Notes: generated from the sequence alone by a model not told the origin. A DNA stretch of 64,000 bases from Eledone cirrhosa (GCA_964016885.1 OZ024746.1:73718001-73782000), one strand, 5' to 3'. Shown: positions 43,988-59,407, numbered from the stretch's first letter. Program-made: numbers and translations.

Positions 43988-44060
43988 TGTTGATATATAT
44001 TTCAATGACGACACTGGCCACACTGTTCTGTGTGCGAGTGTCGTGTCATCATCAGACAGC
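43988..44060 (-). ncRNA. Hammerhead motif, copy of 38853
   Basis: GCTGT-CTGATGA-long hairpin-GAAA-TATATA-TC; the 3' strand of stem I is mutated. Confidence 0.65.
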
Positions 44061-44327
44061 TTGTTTCATAATAATTTAGAAATTTCTAAAAATAGCAAAA
44101 CAATTGATGCTTTGGATAGGGTCAATTAGTAGTCGTTAGACATGCTCAATCAACCGTGACGCCTAAACCAATCAGCTTTAGTAATCCAGTGAAACTACAC
44201 ACCGATTGGTCGAAATACAGTTTACAAGATTTAGCATTCTGGAGCCACTTTTTACTGTATATAAGGCAGAAAATTTACCCATCTCATTACAGTTGAAAAT
44301 TGCAAACTTGACTGTCACCACACAATA

Positions 44328-44365
44328 TGAACCTGAAGATTGCGAAAGCATGAAATACTTGTTCA
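44328..44365 (+). ncRNA. Minimal hammerhead ribozyme motif
   Basis: TGAAC-CTGAAGA-tTGC gaaa GCAt-GAAA-TAC-TT-GTTCA. Confidence 0.6.
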
Positions 44366-44516
44366 ATTAACACTTAACATTTAATATTCTACCATACTAT
44401 TTCATTCTAATACCATTATAAATTTTAAAGGATTGTAAATAAGGCGAGTAAATCAGACAAAGTTGGAATTCCTCTTATTAATATAATCTTCTATACGCAA
44501 TCATACACACTTGTGT

Positions 44517-44616
<100 letters not shown>

Positions 44617-44724
44617 CATGTATATTTTTGGGTTATTCCGTTTAGTAAACAATGATATAATAAATCATTTAAAGCACACGTTATGCAAATCATACATTCA
44701 AATGTGGTATTTCCAGTCCGGCCT

Positions 44725-44760
<36 letters not shown>

Positions 44761-45757
44761 TGAATGCGGATTGTGTGTATAACCCGATCCTCCTAAATAG
44801 CATTTTAAGCACTATTAAAATGCAGCTTAATTTGGAATAATTAGACTTAAATTAGGCGCCAGATGTCTCAAACAGTTTAGGTACATCTGACTAGACAACA
44901 AATCAACACATCACGCAACAAATCACGCAGCGTCAATCCGTTTTTCTTTTGGCTTGCACGCCACATTCACGTCCTTTAGCTGCGAAGAGAACAAACACTT
45001 ATATTCATTTTTGTAACTTTACAGCCATACGGTTCAACGTCTCAGCTGACTTTACTTAAATCATTTTTTTAAGTATATACACATTACATTTATGAAAATC
45101 GTAACAGCAATACTAAGACCACAAAATTCAACAATCACTTACTCACAAAATCTATCTATGATTGACACATAAACAAATGATTATTCACACATGCCATATA
45201 TTTTTTATTACATATACTATATGTGAACGTCATTACAATTCAATAACCAATTATATACACGCGTATCTATGCAAATTCACACTTCTCAAAAACATTTATA
45301 TACACGCACGAGCATCACGGGCTATATATATATATACGCAATCCACTTACACGTGAAATAAACAGACACACATAGTTTTTTCTTTCCCTGTCTTACACTA
45401 CATATAAATACCACCACATCTCGACAAGCTATTCACACAAGCACATATACTTGTCAAATACAGACACACAAACATATACGCATAAATACCTACACACATG
45501 CGAATCTACACGTATACATTAAATATATACAAACACAATTCTAAAACCCATTTACGTACATAGATTCATATATACACAACAAAGTTTACATATAAAGGTT
45601 TAAATAGTCACATACGCACATATATACAAATACTACATACAGGCATCAAACATACACACATACGTACACCAAATTCATATACACAACAAAACCATGCACG
45701 TTTGCTATTTTCTGACACACACTACATAAAACACTATCACAGCTAAATAAATATATG

Positions 45758-45821
<64 letters not shown>

Positions 45822-46488
45822 ATATTCATAAAAGCACACACACATACACACACGCACACACACAAACACACAAACATCTAATATTCATAAAAGCACACAT
45901 ACACACACGCACACACACAAACACACAAACATATCTATATATTCAAATGTTAGTGTGCGCCCGCGCTTGTGCCTGCTTCTATGTTTTAGTTTTACATTGC
46001 TTTAAACAGGCGTTTTACTGGAATATGATGCTGTTAATGTTTGTCACACCATACACGTACATGTGCATACACATAACACTACTAAGCTCAATTTTGTTTG
46101 TTTTATACACATCTATAATGATGCTGGTGTAAAGAACATCTCCGATGACATTCGGAAATATTGTTTGAAGTCTCATGTTGCCATGATGTAATAGCGTTCA
46201 TGTCTATCAATCTATCTTTCTCCCTTTGTACTGCCGCTCAGTTGTATGAATCAATCTTTCCCTCTTTCAATGTCTTAAAAACACGCGCCTCATTGGCTGA
46301 AGCGAACATTTGTAATATGAATTATGTTGGGTGCAGAAGTAATGTCAATATATTAAATAAATGAATAAGAAAAAACCTTCTGTACATAATATACAATTTA
46401 TCTCACCATCTGCATTTTGTGTATGTTTGTCAGTGCGAAAATGACATTAGATCATTACTGCATATGTGCTGCATAAACGGAAGCAAGT

Positions 46489-46594
<106 letters not shown>

Positions 46595-46616
46595 TAAATA
46601 ATTCTAATAGTTTATA

Positions 46617-46654
<38 letters not shown>

Positions 46655-46860
46655 ACTAGAGATTGATTAACATATAAATAAACATGAATAATCACAGGAG
46701 ATAATTTTTACAAGTGTGTAACCACACATAGCTAGGTAGGTAACCAAATAAAGTTGACCAGAACTCCAGAAATAGATACCTTATAATATGATTAATCTTC
46801 CCTGTATATATTCCATTAAAGAAATATATTTCACAAATATAAATCATTTGATTTATCTTA

Positions 46861-46933
<73 letters not shown>

Positions 46934-46937
<4 letters not shown>

Positions 46938-47135
46938 AACCAGTAAGACCCCGACGGCTGAGCTCAAGCCGTTTCGACGGCTAATTCTGGACTAAATTTA
47001 GTCCAGAATTAGCCGTCGAAACGGGTTGAGCTCAGCCGTCGGGGTCTTACTGGTTCCTATTACCCACTCTACTACCCTAAGTATTGAGTACCTTGGTGCG
47101 TTATGGTCCACCTGGTTCCTTACCACATTTCCTTC

Positions 47136-47140
<5 letters not shown>
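46934..47140. repeat. TA-embedded element with a 5' fold-back; family also at 24860-24920, 42222-42330, 42892-43082, 43165-43343, 56452-56643 and 58160-58300
   Basis: Near-perfect palindrome at 46934-47060, followed by ACTC...GAGTAC and a fixed 3' end (...ccacatttccttcgtt) abutting (TA)n. Confidence 0.85.
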
Positions 47141-47166
<26 letters not shown>

Positions 47167-47989
47167 GAGGCTGTTAAAGTTTGCTTGAAGCATTGTGAAA
47201 TGTGTAAAATACGTAGTTTAGAAAGCCACAACAATGCAGAGGGAAATCTCGAGGTAGGAAGTGAATGATAGATAGGAGAAATAGGATAAAGTGAAAATTG
47301 AGAGAGACAAAGATGAAAACAAAACAAAGGTAGAAGGGTTACCGTAGTGGAGATATATATATATATATATTTGACTACATGCATGTATCTACTTGGATAT
47401 TCTCGTTCGCAATCCTCAAGCGCCTGAAAGAGAGGTGCAAGAAACTGCGAGGTATGACTTCAATCGCAGACTGAGATTTGAATTATTGTTATTGCACTCT
47501 ACTTAACAGTACTGAGTACGTTTTTCGTTGCATTGCAATACACACAAATGTTGACCATTTGCACCCCCACACATAGTTACCCAGATATATATTTGAATAC
47601 ATGGCGTTAGATTTAGGCTTTAAGAAAATTTCAAGTTCCAAAGAGTCTTGGTAAGGGCACGAATTCTTCATTTTAATAACTTGTACGTGGTGCCTGCTAT
47701 CTCTCTCTCTCTTTATATATATATTCACCTAGCTTATGCTAACAGAATAACTATGAAGATTGTTCCCTTCCATCTACGGTTAGCTCTCCTCTTTGTTGTT
47801 ATCTTGTCTCACTCGCTTTACGCGTTTTAATTGTCCTAATAACTTAATTTAGTTATTATTGCACCGACGTGAGGTATATGATTTTTAATGCAATGAAATA
47901 TCTATGATCGTCGGCAAATCACTGATGAGGGACTTATTTTATTACATGTTATCCATGTGCAACCTGCAGTATTCTTCTCCCCATTTTTT

Positions 47990-48022
<33 letters not shown>

Positions 48023-48227
48023 ATTCCTTTATCAGTGTTGAACAAACGAGCAACGATGGTTGCTAGACACTACGGCTTAATACGGGATGTTTGTTCACAA
48101 ACACACCGAGCATTATAATAAATGTTCGGTGAATCCATACGTACATATATATATATATGTGCATGTATGTATATATATATACATACTACTGTATGTCTGT
48201 ATACATATATGTATGTACGTGTACATA

Positions 48228-48316
<89 letters not shown>

Positions 48317-48489
48317 TAAAATAACAGATTAAAGTTTAAGCAAAGAATCGCTACTTTCACCATTAACGGGACCTTCTGAAACTAAAAAAATCAATCTGTG
48401 AACGCAGAAGTAAATATTTCGAAAAACGTTACACACTATATATATATACACACACCCACTATATATATACACACACACACAGACACACA

Positions 48490-48762
48490 CACAGCGACAT
48501 CATAATGTCGTAATGCAGACAGCCAGACATAGAGACAGATATTATAAGGGCGCAAATTATATCTATGTATCTATCTAAAAAGAAAGACTAAGAATTATAG
48601 AGAGAGATCGCTAAATCACCTAATGCGGTCCCTAGGGCATTGAAAATTGCTCAAAACACTCATAGGACCATAAGTATTACATGTGTAAAGTTTGAAAACA
48701 ATCGTTTGGGTGGTTCTCGAGTTTTAGGGAGTCAGACAGACATTCTCTGTTTTAGATATATA
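48490..48762. mobile_element. Possible Helitron/Helentron-like non-autonomous fragment
   Basis: tgtaaagtttgaa...aatcg...gagtt...cagacagacattctctgttttagatata resembles Helitron-type termini; a related piece lies near 60440-60535. Confidence 0.35.
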
Positions 48763-48885
48763 CATACAATTTTGATGAAAGTTTGCTTATATTTACCCCG
48801 TTCCTGCGATACCATTAGCATAATGACCCTTTACTAATTCTTGTCCTATTTCCAATCTTTAGACTTTATTGTTATTATTTATTTA

Positions 48886-49067
48886 TGGCGGTGAATTCGC
48901 AGTATCGGTAGAGGGTCTGAGACCATGCTTTCCAGCATAGTCACGTCACTTTACGGTCTCAGTTCAAATCCCGTGGAGATTAACTTTGCGTTTCATCCTT
49001 ACGGGGTCGATAAAATAAAGCACCAGTAATGTACTGGGTAATTGCTGCCAAAAGTAGAAACAATTAT
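48886..49067 (+). mobile_element. Same SINE family
   Basis: Shared head and central domain. Confidence 0.8.
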
Positions 49068-49261
49068 TTGTTTATGTACTAGCTTTGCTGTTTTAGCCTT
49101 AAAACTCCACTCTTTTTCTCTTTCTCTATGCTATGTTGTCTCATATGCATCTTTCCGGCGTTTGTTTAAGCTGTGGTACAGCCTGGTTTCAAATTGATGC
49201 AAGCCAACTATATGCACGAAATTGCCTTGCTCGGGGTTTGGCTGAAAATATATATATATAA

Positions 49262-49570
49262 GCATTGGGCTCGCAATCGAAAGGTTGTGAGTTCGATTCT
49301 CGGACCGAGTGATGCGTTGTGTCCTCGAGCAAGACACTTTATTTCATGCTGCTCCAGTTTACTCAGCTGTAGAAATCAGTTTTGACGACACTGGTTGCAA
49401 GCTGTATCGGCCATTGCTTTTCCTTTGGACATCATCAGTGGCGTGGAGACGGGAGGCTGGTATGCATGGGTGACTGCTGGTGTTCCACAAACAAACTTGC
49501 CCGGACTTGTGCCTCGGAGGGAAACTTTCTAGGTGAAAATCCCTTGGCCATTCGTGATCGAAGAGGGTCT
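49262..49570 (+). mobile_element. CORE-type tRNA-derived SINE
   Basis: B box GAGTTCGATTCTC and CORE-like GTTGTGTCCTCGAGCAAGACACTT. Confidence 0.75.
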
Positions 49571-49665
49571 TCTATATATACATACACAAACACACACTCA
49601 CATGCACACACACATTCACACCCGCTCTCTTCTCTTTGTCAAGGCATCCATTATTTTTTCTATTA

Positions 49666-49851
49666 AGGGCGGTGGATTGGCAGTATCGGTAGAGGGTCGG
49701 ACGCCATGCTTTGCAGCACAGTTACGTCCCTTTACGGACTGAGTTCAAATCCAGCCGAGGTTAACTTTGCCTTTCATCCTTACGGGGTCGATAAAATAAA
49801 GTACCAGTAATGTACTGGGGTAATTGGTGGCCTTGTGCCAAAAGTAGAAAA
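49666..49851 (+). mobile_element. tRNA-derived SINE of about 190 bp with a Meta-like domain (representative copy)
   Basis: A-box-like GGATTGGCAGTATCGG, B box GAGTTCAAATCC and central GCCTTTCATCCTTACGGGGTCGATAAAATAAAGTACC. At least 14 full or partial copies in the window. Confidence 0.85.
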
Positions 49852-49880
49852 AATTATTTTTTCTATTATTTTGACTATCT

Positions 49881-49949
<69 letters not shown>

Positions 49950-51377
49950 GTCCCCCTCTCTCTCACGCACACTCTCTCTCCCAACTCAGCTTTTACCACC
50001 TTGCTAATTTTATACCTGTCTCTTATAGTTTCACTCTCACCTCTCCTTTTTTTCTCACTATAACTTTTGCCACTTCACATTCCCTAGCCTATTCTAGCCC
50101 ACTATCTAACCACCCCTCCTCCCTGTCTCTTCCTCTACTCCAGTTAATCTCCCTTCTATCCCCAATACTGTCGTCAGACATTCTTCTGAGAACTTCGTTG
50201 CCCCCAGTCGTCTTCGACAAGACTATTATCAAATTATCAACCCGTCGACCTTGTATTTACCACATAAACCGCCATTCACCACAACAGTCCCTGTTACCAC
50301 TTATGACGAACCACGAACCACGATCATCACTAACCACAACTATAATCACTAACACCACATATCCACCACCGTCACCACCACCACCACCACCACCACCACC
50401 ACCACCACCACCACCACCATTACAACCATCACCACTATTCATCATTAACCACCGTCTATTTACCAGAATGGTTTTTCACAATCTTTTACCACCATCTTTT
50501 GAGGAGGTTCTTTTCTACCACTGTTCATCTTTATCTTTTCACTATCACTACCACTACCACCATAATTGCAACTTCCCCTACTATGTCAACTATTACCTCC
50601 TCTTTCATACATCTGAACCACCACGACCACCATGACCACCACCATGACCACCACCACCACCACCACCCTTATCATATCAGACTTATCTCTTATGTCAACT
50701 ATTTCATCCTCTTTCATTCATCTCAACCACTAACACAACCATTATGTTATCTATGACTCCCCCTCCCCCATCATTAGTTTTGCATTACATTATTTTTCGT
50801 TCTAAGATCCAATTCTACAAAAGTTAACTTTTCCTTTCCTTTATTCAGGTTCGAGAAATTAAATAAAATGAAGCAGTAATAATATACTCTAACAAATTCA
50901 ATTGATTATATCCGTTTTCTACAGATTGTGTCAACAATTTATAATTGAATTTAAAATGGAATGTAATGGCCTCCGTCGTTTTCGATGACGGGTGATCCGT
51001 TTGTTCGATCAACGCACGGTATGCTCGGAAAATGAACGTAATAAGTGGCTGAACATTGCATACAGTCGTCAACCATTAAAGTAATTTTCAGGGAGATTGA
51101 ACATAACACAGTGCAACAAGGCTTACTCTTTGATTTACCAGAACAGTCAATCCAATGGGTTTCCAAGTCGACCCTAGATATTGCAAATGACACTTTTCCA
51201 AGATTTCACCTAGTGGGATCGAACCTGGGGCCATATGAGGGCAATGCGAACTTGTTAACCATTCGGCCAAGCTGCATTTACGAATGGAAACTAATGATAA
51301 ATATTCAATACATTGAATAGTTCCCATTATAATTCCAATCACACCTATGTTTATGTTAATATTAAATGAACCCCGTA

Positions 51378-51571
51378 ATAATTGTTTCTACTTTTGGCAC
51401 AAGGCCAGCAATTATCTTAGTGCATCACTGGTACTTTATTTTATCGACCCCGTAAGGATGAAAGGCAAAGTTAACCTCAGCGGGATTTGAACTCAGACCG
51501 TAAAGGGGCGTAACTCTATGCTACAAAGCATAGTGTCCGGCCCTCTACCGATACTGCCAATCCATCGCCCT
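51378..51571 (-). mobile_element. Same SINE family
   Basis: Reverse complement of the 49666 copy. Confidence 0.85.
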
Positions 51572-51890
51572 TACACCGGAACTTTAACTTAACAATCACA
51601 CAAAAAACAACACAAGAACAAAAAAAAAAACGGAAGGTAAAGTTGACTTTGGCGGGATGTGACCTATGACGGTAAAGAGGCGGTAACTATATACAGCAAA
51701 GTTCTTTATAGGATGTTAAAAATATTCTAATAATCCATCACCTAACATTTTATATAAGGATCAATATTGAAAAAATACCTGTGAGCATATGGGAATCTCT
51801 TCCTGGCCAAAACAACGATCTAGTTTCGATACTTTATAAAAAAAAATTTCTGTCACCAATTCCACAAATATCATTAGGTAAGGCAACATT

Positions 51891-52073
51891 GGATTGGCAG
51901 TATCGGTAGAGGGTCGGACGCCATGCTTTCCAGCATAGTTACGTCCCTTTACGATCTGAGTTCAAATCCCGCCGAGGTTAACTTTGCCTTTCATCCTTAC
52001 GGGGTCGATAAAATAAAGTACCAGTAATGCACTGGGTAATTGCTGGCCTTGTGCCTAAAGTAGAAACAATTAT
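51891..52073 (+). mobile_element. Same SINE family
   Basis: High identity to the other copies. Confidence 0.85.
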
Positions 52074-52185
52074 TTTTTAACTGACATTTGATCTGATTTT
52101 CTAAACTTGATCTGACTTTATAAAACTTATAGTGCCCAGTCAGGTGCAATATAGGGTGTTAAGTGAGGTATAATCGTTGATGCGT

Positions 52186-52218
<33 letters not shown>

Positions 52219-52289
52219 ACAGCTCACACCTATGCAGGTTTAGCTGGCCTCCTCCAAGGTATATCTCGTTGGAGGTGTCTTGGATGGTT

Positions 52290-52460
52290 TAATGATAGGG
52301 ACCCCAGTCCTATCATCTCATTTCTACAGCTGAGTAAACTGGAGCAACGTGAAATAAAGTGTCTTGCTCAAGGAAACAACACATCATCCGGTCCGAGAAT
52401 TGAACTCACAACCTTTCAATTGCAAGCCCAATGTTCTAACCACTAAGCCATGCGCCTTCA
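52290..52460 (-). mobile_element. CORE-type SINE 5' part
   Basis: AAGTGTCTTGCTCAAGG and a tRNA-like head on the minus strand. Confidence 0.7.
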
Positions 52461-52554
52461 CTGTTGCGTATTGTCGCAGCAGGTGTTGCGTAATCTATCG
52501 ATAATCGATCAACAAGATCACAGACCTCATTCACTTAACGAGTGGGGTGGAGCT

Positions 52555-52757
52555 CGTCAAATCGGACCGAGAAAACAATGTTTCCATTGGTCTTTCAATT
52601 GCTAATACTATCTGTCGGTCGCAACTCCAGGTAGAAGGAGCAACATGAAATAAAGTGTCTTGCTCAAGGACATAACTCATCGCCCGGCCCGGGAATCGAA
52701 ATCCCAACCTCACGATTGCGAATTCAATTATCTAACCACTCAGCCACGTGCCTTCAC
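52555..52757 (-). mobile_element. CORE-type SINE
   Basis: Similar to 59408-59620. Confidence 0.7.
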
Positions 52758-52907
52758 AACGTAATCTATATTAAGTATTACATAGTCGGTGTTGTCTGTA
52801 TTATGGAACTGTTGTTGTTAGTTCTGTAAGTTGCCGTTTGTGTTGTGTGAAAACTCACAATATAATAGATTATTCATGTTATTTAGTCCAATGATTACAT
52901 TGGGTAG

Positions 52908-53114
52908 TCAGTCCGGGGTTTTGAAATTACGTAAAAGGTATTTCGAAGCGTGTGGCCAACACGAGTAAAATTCATTCCTTATATTTAGACAAGCACTATT
53001 ACGCAACTTCATCAGGATATTGATTCTTTCTCCAATGCACAGCCCACAAGCCGGATTCTCATTTCCGTATGGCTTAGACTTAGTAATAACTTTCCATTGA
53101 ATGGAGTAATCCAC
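52908..53114 (-). mobile_element. Penelope-like GIY-YIG C-terminal fragment
   Basis: YSIQWKVITKSKPY...CGLCIGERINIL...LNIRNEFYSC.PH..KYLL is the typical PLE C-terminus (CxLC...E...LNxRxE...CxH). Confidence 0.75.
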
Positions 53115-53761
53115 ACCTGCCGCCTCGATCTAACCTGAGTTGCCTCCCGTTTGGGAAGTAAATTCTTCTGCACATCCATATTGTCTTTCCTTATCCATAT
53201 AATCTCATTTAAACCGAGCTGATGATCCAACTAAGGTGAAACAATTGCTCTCGGAAATGATGAATTAACTATTGTAGAACTACTTCTATATATATATATA
53301 TAATATACATATGTATGTATAAATATTAGATTTAGAAGTTTTCACCATATATTGGCTATAGAAAGTAGAGGTGTGGGTTCCATTCGTACACGTGCTAATG
53401 CTCATATACCGTTACGGGTTTTCATATGCCTTAACATAAGACTATTTTCTTTAGTTAATATACGGTGAGAGCTTCTAATGTTATCATTTTCAATCGCCAC
53501 CGTATTCTATTTCACACGTGCTTACACACACACACACGCACACACAGGCGCGCGCACACACACACACACACACACGTAAATGTTTTATATTTTTACAACA
53601 GGACGGCAATGTTTCAGTAAAACGAAATAAACCTCATCTACGAGCGAACACTCTCCTTGCTGAAACATTGTCGTTCTGTATATGCGTATGTATGTATGTA
53701 TATATGTATATATGTATACACCATTATATGTATGAATATATATGTGTGCGTGTTTATGTAT

Positions 53762-53846
53762 ACAGGGCCACCCCACCAAATGTATACATACTTGAACGGC
53801 ATCTACGTAGCGGCAAATGTGTATACATTTTTTGGGGACACCCTGT
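53762..53846. mobile_element. Tc1/mariner-type MITE, same family as 39916
   Basis: TACAGGG...AAATGTATACA / TGTATACATTTTTTGGGGACACCCTGTA. Confidence 0.7.
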
Positions 53847-53878
53847 ATATATAGGAGTGCATAAACATACGTTGTATG

Positions 53879-53964
<86 letters not shown>

Positions 53965-54067
53965 ACCCTCTAAAAAAATTTTTTTTCCACCCTTTTCTCT
54001 CCCCCCTTTTTATTGTCTTTCCATCGTTCCCCCTCACAACCACGGAACTCTATTCCTGCCCACTTTT

Positions 54068-54100
54068 CTCCTGATGAAGGGCTTATGCCAGAAACGTCGT
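54068..54100 (+). ncRNA. Hammerhead-like motif, weak stem I
   Basis: CTGATGA-ag-GGC ttat GCC-a-GAAA-CGTC. Confidence 0.4.
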
Positions 54101-54242
54101 CCCCCACCCCCACTCACAAGCGTGAAACTAATATTAACATTTGTACTGCCTCTTCGCTTACACTTTTTTTTTTTTGCTTTTTGTTTACTGTCGCAACTAT
54201 AAAATATATATATATATATATATATATAGATATCATTGTATG

Positions 54243-54273
<31 letters not shown>

Positions 54274-54347
54274 GTTATATATATATATATTAAGTTATAT
54301 ATATATATATATATAATTAAGTCTCTAGAGAGGCCGGAAGATAGGTA

Positions 54348-54392
54348 AATATTGCTGATGAGTTGTAACAACAACGAAACTAGTTCAATATT
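54348..54392 (+). ncRNA. Minimal hammerhead ribozyme motif
   Basis: AATATTG-CTGATGA-GTTG taacaa CAAC-GAAA-CTAG-TT-CAATATT; 7-bp stem I, palindromic AACTAGTT. Confidence 0.85.
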
Positions 54393-54681
54393 CCTTGTCT
54401 GGCTTTCTGGAGAATAGAGGAAAGGTGTTTCCTCAAAAACCAGTATGACTCTAAAAACCGGTTTGTCTGTGTGTTAACATACAGAATAGCTGGCCACTCA
54501 CAATAAAGTGACCAGTGAAAAAACTTGGTACATCTACATATGTATACGTGTGTGTATTCATATACATACTAGTATTTCAGTATACATATATGGATGTACA
54601 TCTTTAACTTAATTGTTTAAGCGTCAGTCATACAAAAGTGAGTTACAAACGAAACGAAGTTTAATTTCGTTTCGTTATTTG

Positions 54682-54762
<81 letters not shown>

Positions 54763-54774
54763 TTGTATGTATGT

Positions 54775-54821
<47 letters not shown>

Positions 54822-54960
54822 TGCATATGCATGTGTATGTATGTATGTATATATATATATATATATATATCATTGTATCTATGTATATGTGTGTGTGTGT
54901 GTATATATGGGAGTGTAAATTCATATGTATGTATATATGTATATATGTATAGATATATAT

Positions 54961-55033
<73 letters not shown>

Positions 55034-55549
55034 AGAGAAGGAGAGAGAGAGAGGGGAGAGAGAGAGAGAAAGAGGGAGAATGAGGGAGAAAGTATTTGAT
55101 AAGAATATAAAGTTTGGGTGTTATCAAACTAACAATTACAACAGACCTGTTATGTCAATCAAGATAGGATATCATCAACATTTCATACATATTCTTATAA
55201 CTGTTGGAAATTATTGTCGAGATCTGAATAGTGATAGTAATGAGACGGTTTATCGCCCGGCTTTTACATTCGTATATATGTTGCAGGTCTTGTTGTTTTT
55301 GTCGGTGTTTATTGCGTTTTAGTTGTTATCTTTTTCCTGAAAAATTGTTCGTCTTATTTTTTCTTCTAGATATCTAATTCTCTCCCACACTACCTGCGTG
55401 TCGCCATCATTATTCTCTCCCTCTTCCTTTCATCTTCTTATTTAGGCCTTCACCTTGCTCTTCCTCGTTTTCACACTATCTTCATAGCCTTGCTTCTTTT
55501 TTTTCTATTTCCACCTTCTTCTGTCTCTACTCATTTACTACTCTCAACA

Positions 55550-56235
55550 GCAGCACCACCGCCACCACCACCGCCGCCACCATCACCACCACCACCAGCA
55601 CCACCACCATTATCATCATCGACATCATCATCATCATCATCACTAAAACAATGTGTCACCCTCACCACCATCATCATCGACATCATCATCATCACCAACA
55701 CCACCACCACCACTACCACCACCGCCACTATCATCATCATCGACATCATCATCATCATCACTAAAACAATGTGTCACCCTCACCACCATCATCATCGACA
55801 TCATCATCATCACTAAAACAAGTGTCAGCATCACCACCACCACCACCACCGCCACCATCACCACCACCACCACTATCATCATTGACATCATCATCACTAA
55901 AACAATGTGCCACCATCACCACCACCACCACCACCACCACCACCACCACCACCACCACCACCACCACCACCACCACCACCACCACCACCACCACCACCAC
56001 CACCACCACCACCACCACCACCACTACGATCATCATTGACATCATCATCACTAAAACAATGTGCCACCACCACCACCACCACCATTATCATCATTGACAT
56101 CATCATCACTAAAACAATGTGCCACCACCACCACTCACCACCACCACTATCACCACCACCACCACCACCTTCATCGCCACCACCACCACCATCACCACCA
56201 CTATCATCATCGACATCATCATCACTAAAACAACC
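55550..56235. repeat. (CAC)/(CAT)-based minisatellite, about 7 units
   Basis: Spacer ATCACTAAAACAA recurs between trinucleotide runs. Confidence 0.85.
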
Positions 56236-56403
56236 ATCACACACACCATCACACACACACATATATGTTTGTGTGTGTGTGTGTATGTATGTGTATTATG
56301 TGGGTAAATATATATATATATATATATGACTTTGTTAGTTTCAGAAGATCCCGTTAAGGGTGAAAGCAGCGATTCTTTGCTTAAACTTTAATCTGTTATT
56401 TTA

Positions 56404-56455
<52 letters not shown>

Positions 56456-57791
56456 CGAAGGGAGTGTGGTAAGGAACCAGGTGGACGATAACTCACCAGA
56501 GTACTCGATACTATCGGTAGTAGAGTGGGTAATAGCAAAAGAGTCAGGACCCCGACGGCTGATCTCCGGTCGTTTCAACAGCTAGTTCAGAACAAGCTGT
56601 CGAGTCGGCCGGAGCTCAGCCGTCGGGGACCTGACTCTTTTCGCATGTGTGTATATATATATATATATGTGCTTGTTTTTTCCTATCTTTGCGTTGCTAT
56701 CCTTCTATGTTTGTTTACTTGTCCCGCTCGCTTTACGCGATTTACTTGTCCCAATAGCTTTATTTAGCTATTGCTCGCACCAACTGGAGGTATATGATTT
56801 TTAAAGCGATGAAATACCAATGAAGGTTGGAAAATCACTGATGAAGGACTATTTTTATCATATGTAACCCATGTGCAACCACGCAGTATTCTTTCTTCTC
56901 ATGTTTTTTTTATATATATATATATATATATACGAGGCTAGCAGAGAGGCTGATGGTGATGAGACGCATATTTACCATCACTTAAACATTGCACATTAGT
57001 ATCTGCTCACTGAAATGACCATAAAACTATGGATTCATATTTGTATACTTTTCAACATACACACACACAGACACAAACACACATACATGCATATTATAAC
57101 AAACATACACCTATATAGGTGTACACTGTATATATATATATATATATCTTTTATTTATATATTTATACTCGGATTTCTTTCCTAGAGTGCTTAAATTATT
57201 TGTGACTAATCCCGGTATTTAAAAAAAAAAAACCGCGATAATATTGCTTTTTGCTGAACTCCTTATTGTAGAGTTTTTTTCGGAATGTTTTTGACTGTTG
57301 TTTCATGTAAACAAACATTCGTCTCATTCTGACGTCACCAGCCCTGTTTTTCCACATGTACGTTTTATTTTCATAATCACGCATGATGGTAAACTAGCCT
57401 GCTTTTAAATTCCCTTTTTGGCATATTAATCAGTGAGAATCTGGCTATCGTGTTGAGCTCTGCTGAGGATCGTATTCCAACCGTGACCATCTCCACTGAA
57501 AGTTTACGTGAAATAGTGTTTTTCAAGACTATACAGAGCATTTGTAGTTGTCCCAAATTGAAGGATGAGTATTTTAAACTTTATTTTATTATGAGTTAAG
57601 GCTCTATTGATTTTTCCCTGGATTTCACTAAATTCTGTTGGATAAATCTATATCCTGATTCTCTTTGAGTTGAGTTTGAATTATTTTTCCCACATCTTAC
57701 GTTAACTATTTTCCCATTTTGATGCTATAGTCACTTATATTATGGAATACTGTTGGCTTCTTGCTACAATACTTTCTATACCTTTCATTTA

Positions 57792-57902
<111 letters not shown>

Positions 57903-57943
57903 TATATGTATATATATATGTATATATATATATATACACACAC

Positions 57944-58068
<125 letters not shown>

Positions 58069-58100
58069 TATATATATATATAATTATTTCACTCTATGTG

Positions 58101-58162
<62 letters not shown>

Positions 58163-58632
58163 CGAAGGAAATGTGGTAAGGAACCAGGTGGACCATAACG
58201 CACCAAAGTACTCAATACTTGAGGTAGTAGAGTGGGTAATAGGAACCAGTAAGACCCCGACAGCTGAGCTCAAGCCGTTTCGACGGCTAATTCTGGACTA
58301 TATATACATATACATACATATATATATATATATATGTATGTGTGTGCATGTTTATGAATTTATTCCTCGCTCTCTATATTTTAAAGTATATATATTTATA
58401 CATGTTTATATATCTACTATTGCTCACCGTGCCAAACAAACACTTCCAAAATTACCTGTCATATTACAGTCTAGTAAAAAAAATGCTATGTCTGCTGAAA
58501 ACTATGTTGTGTGCATCTCTAATTTGCCTACATAACCAGCTAGAAATGTAAATCCAGGAAATTGCTGAATATATTATCATATATTTACCTTATTATATTT
58601 TCCAAGTGTCATTTCGTTACACACACACTCAC

Positions 58633-58664
<32 letters not shown>

Positions 58665-58679
58665 GCGCATATATATATA

Positions 58680-58721
<42 letters not shown>

Positions 58722-58726
58722 CATAC

Positions 58727-58780
<54 letters not shown>

Positions 58781-58796
58781 GTATGTGTGTGTGTGC

Positions 58797-58828
<32 letters not shown>

Positions 58829-59219
58829 GTATATGTATGTATATATATATATATATATATATACGAGAGGGAGAGGGGGTAAGGGGTGTGTGGCACGGTA
58901 CGCTATGCACTATGTTCACTCAGGTACCTTCTCACTTAATGAAGAATATGCGTGTGTCTATAAGGCTGTATGGATATATTTATGATATATAAAAATATTT
59001 AAATATATTTATTCGACGCTATATTTTCTATTGAGTTCTGTATCTGATAATGATTTACCAATGCATAATGTATGAATCACAATTACATTACTATATATAT
59101 ATATATACATGTATATATACACAGGTATATAGATATATATGTATGCATATATATATATATATATATACATGCGCAAGTCCCACGACCATTCGTGATTGAA
59201 GGGTGTCTTTAAACCCCCA

Positions 59220-59259
<40 letters not shown>

Positions 59260-59370
59260 CCGTTTTAGTTCTTGTCTGATGGCACTGTGATAAACAGGAA
59301 AAATTCCAGAGTAACAAGACTCACTATTATATATATATATATAGTAATAAATATATATATATATATATAG

Positions 59371-59403
<33 letters not shown>

Positions 59404-59407
59404 AACA

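Noticed and set aside
55490-56329. Pro/His/Thr-rich ORFs
   Set aside because: Translation of (CAC)/(CAT) repeats.
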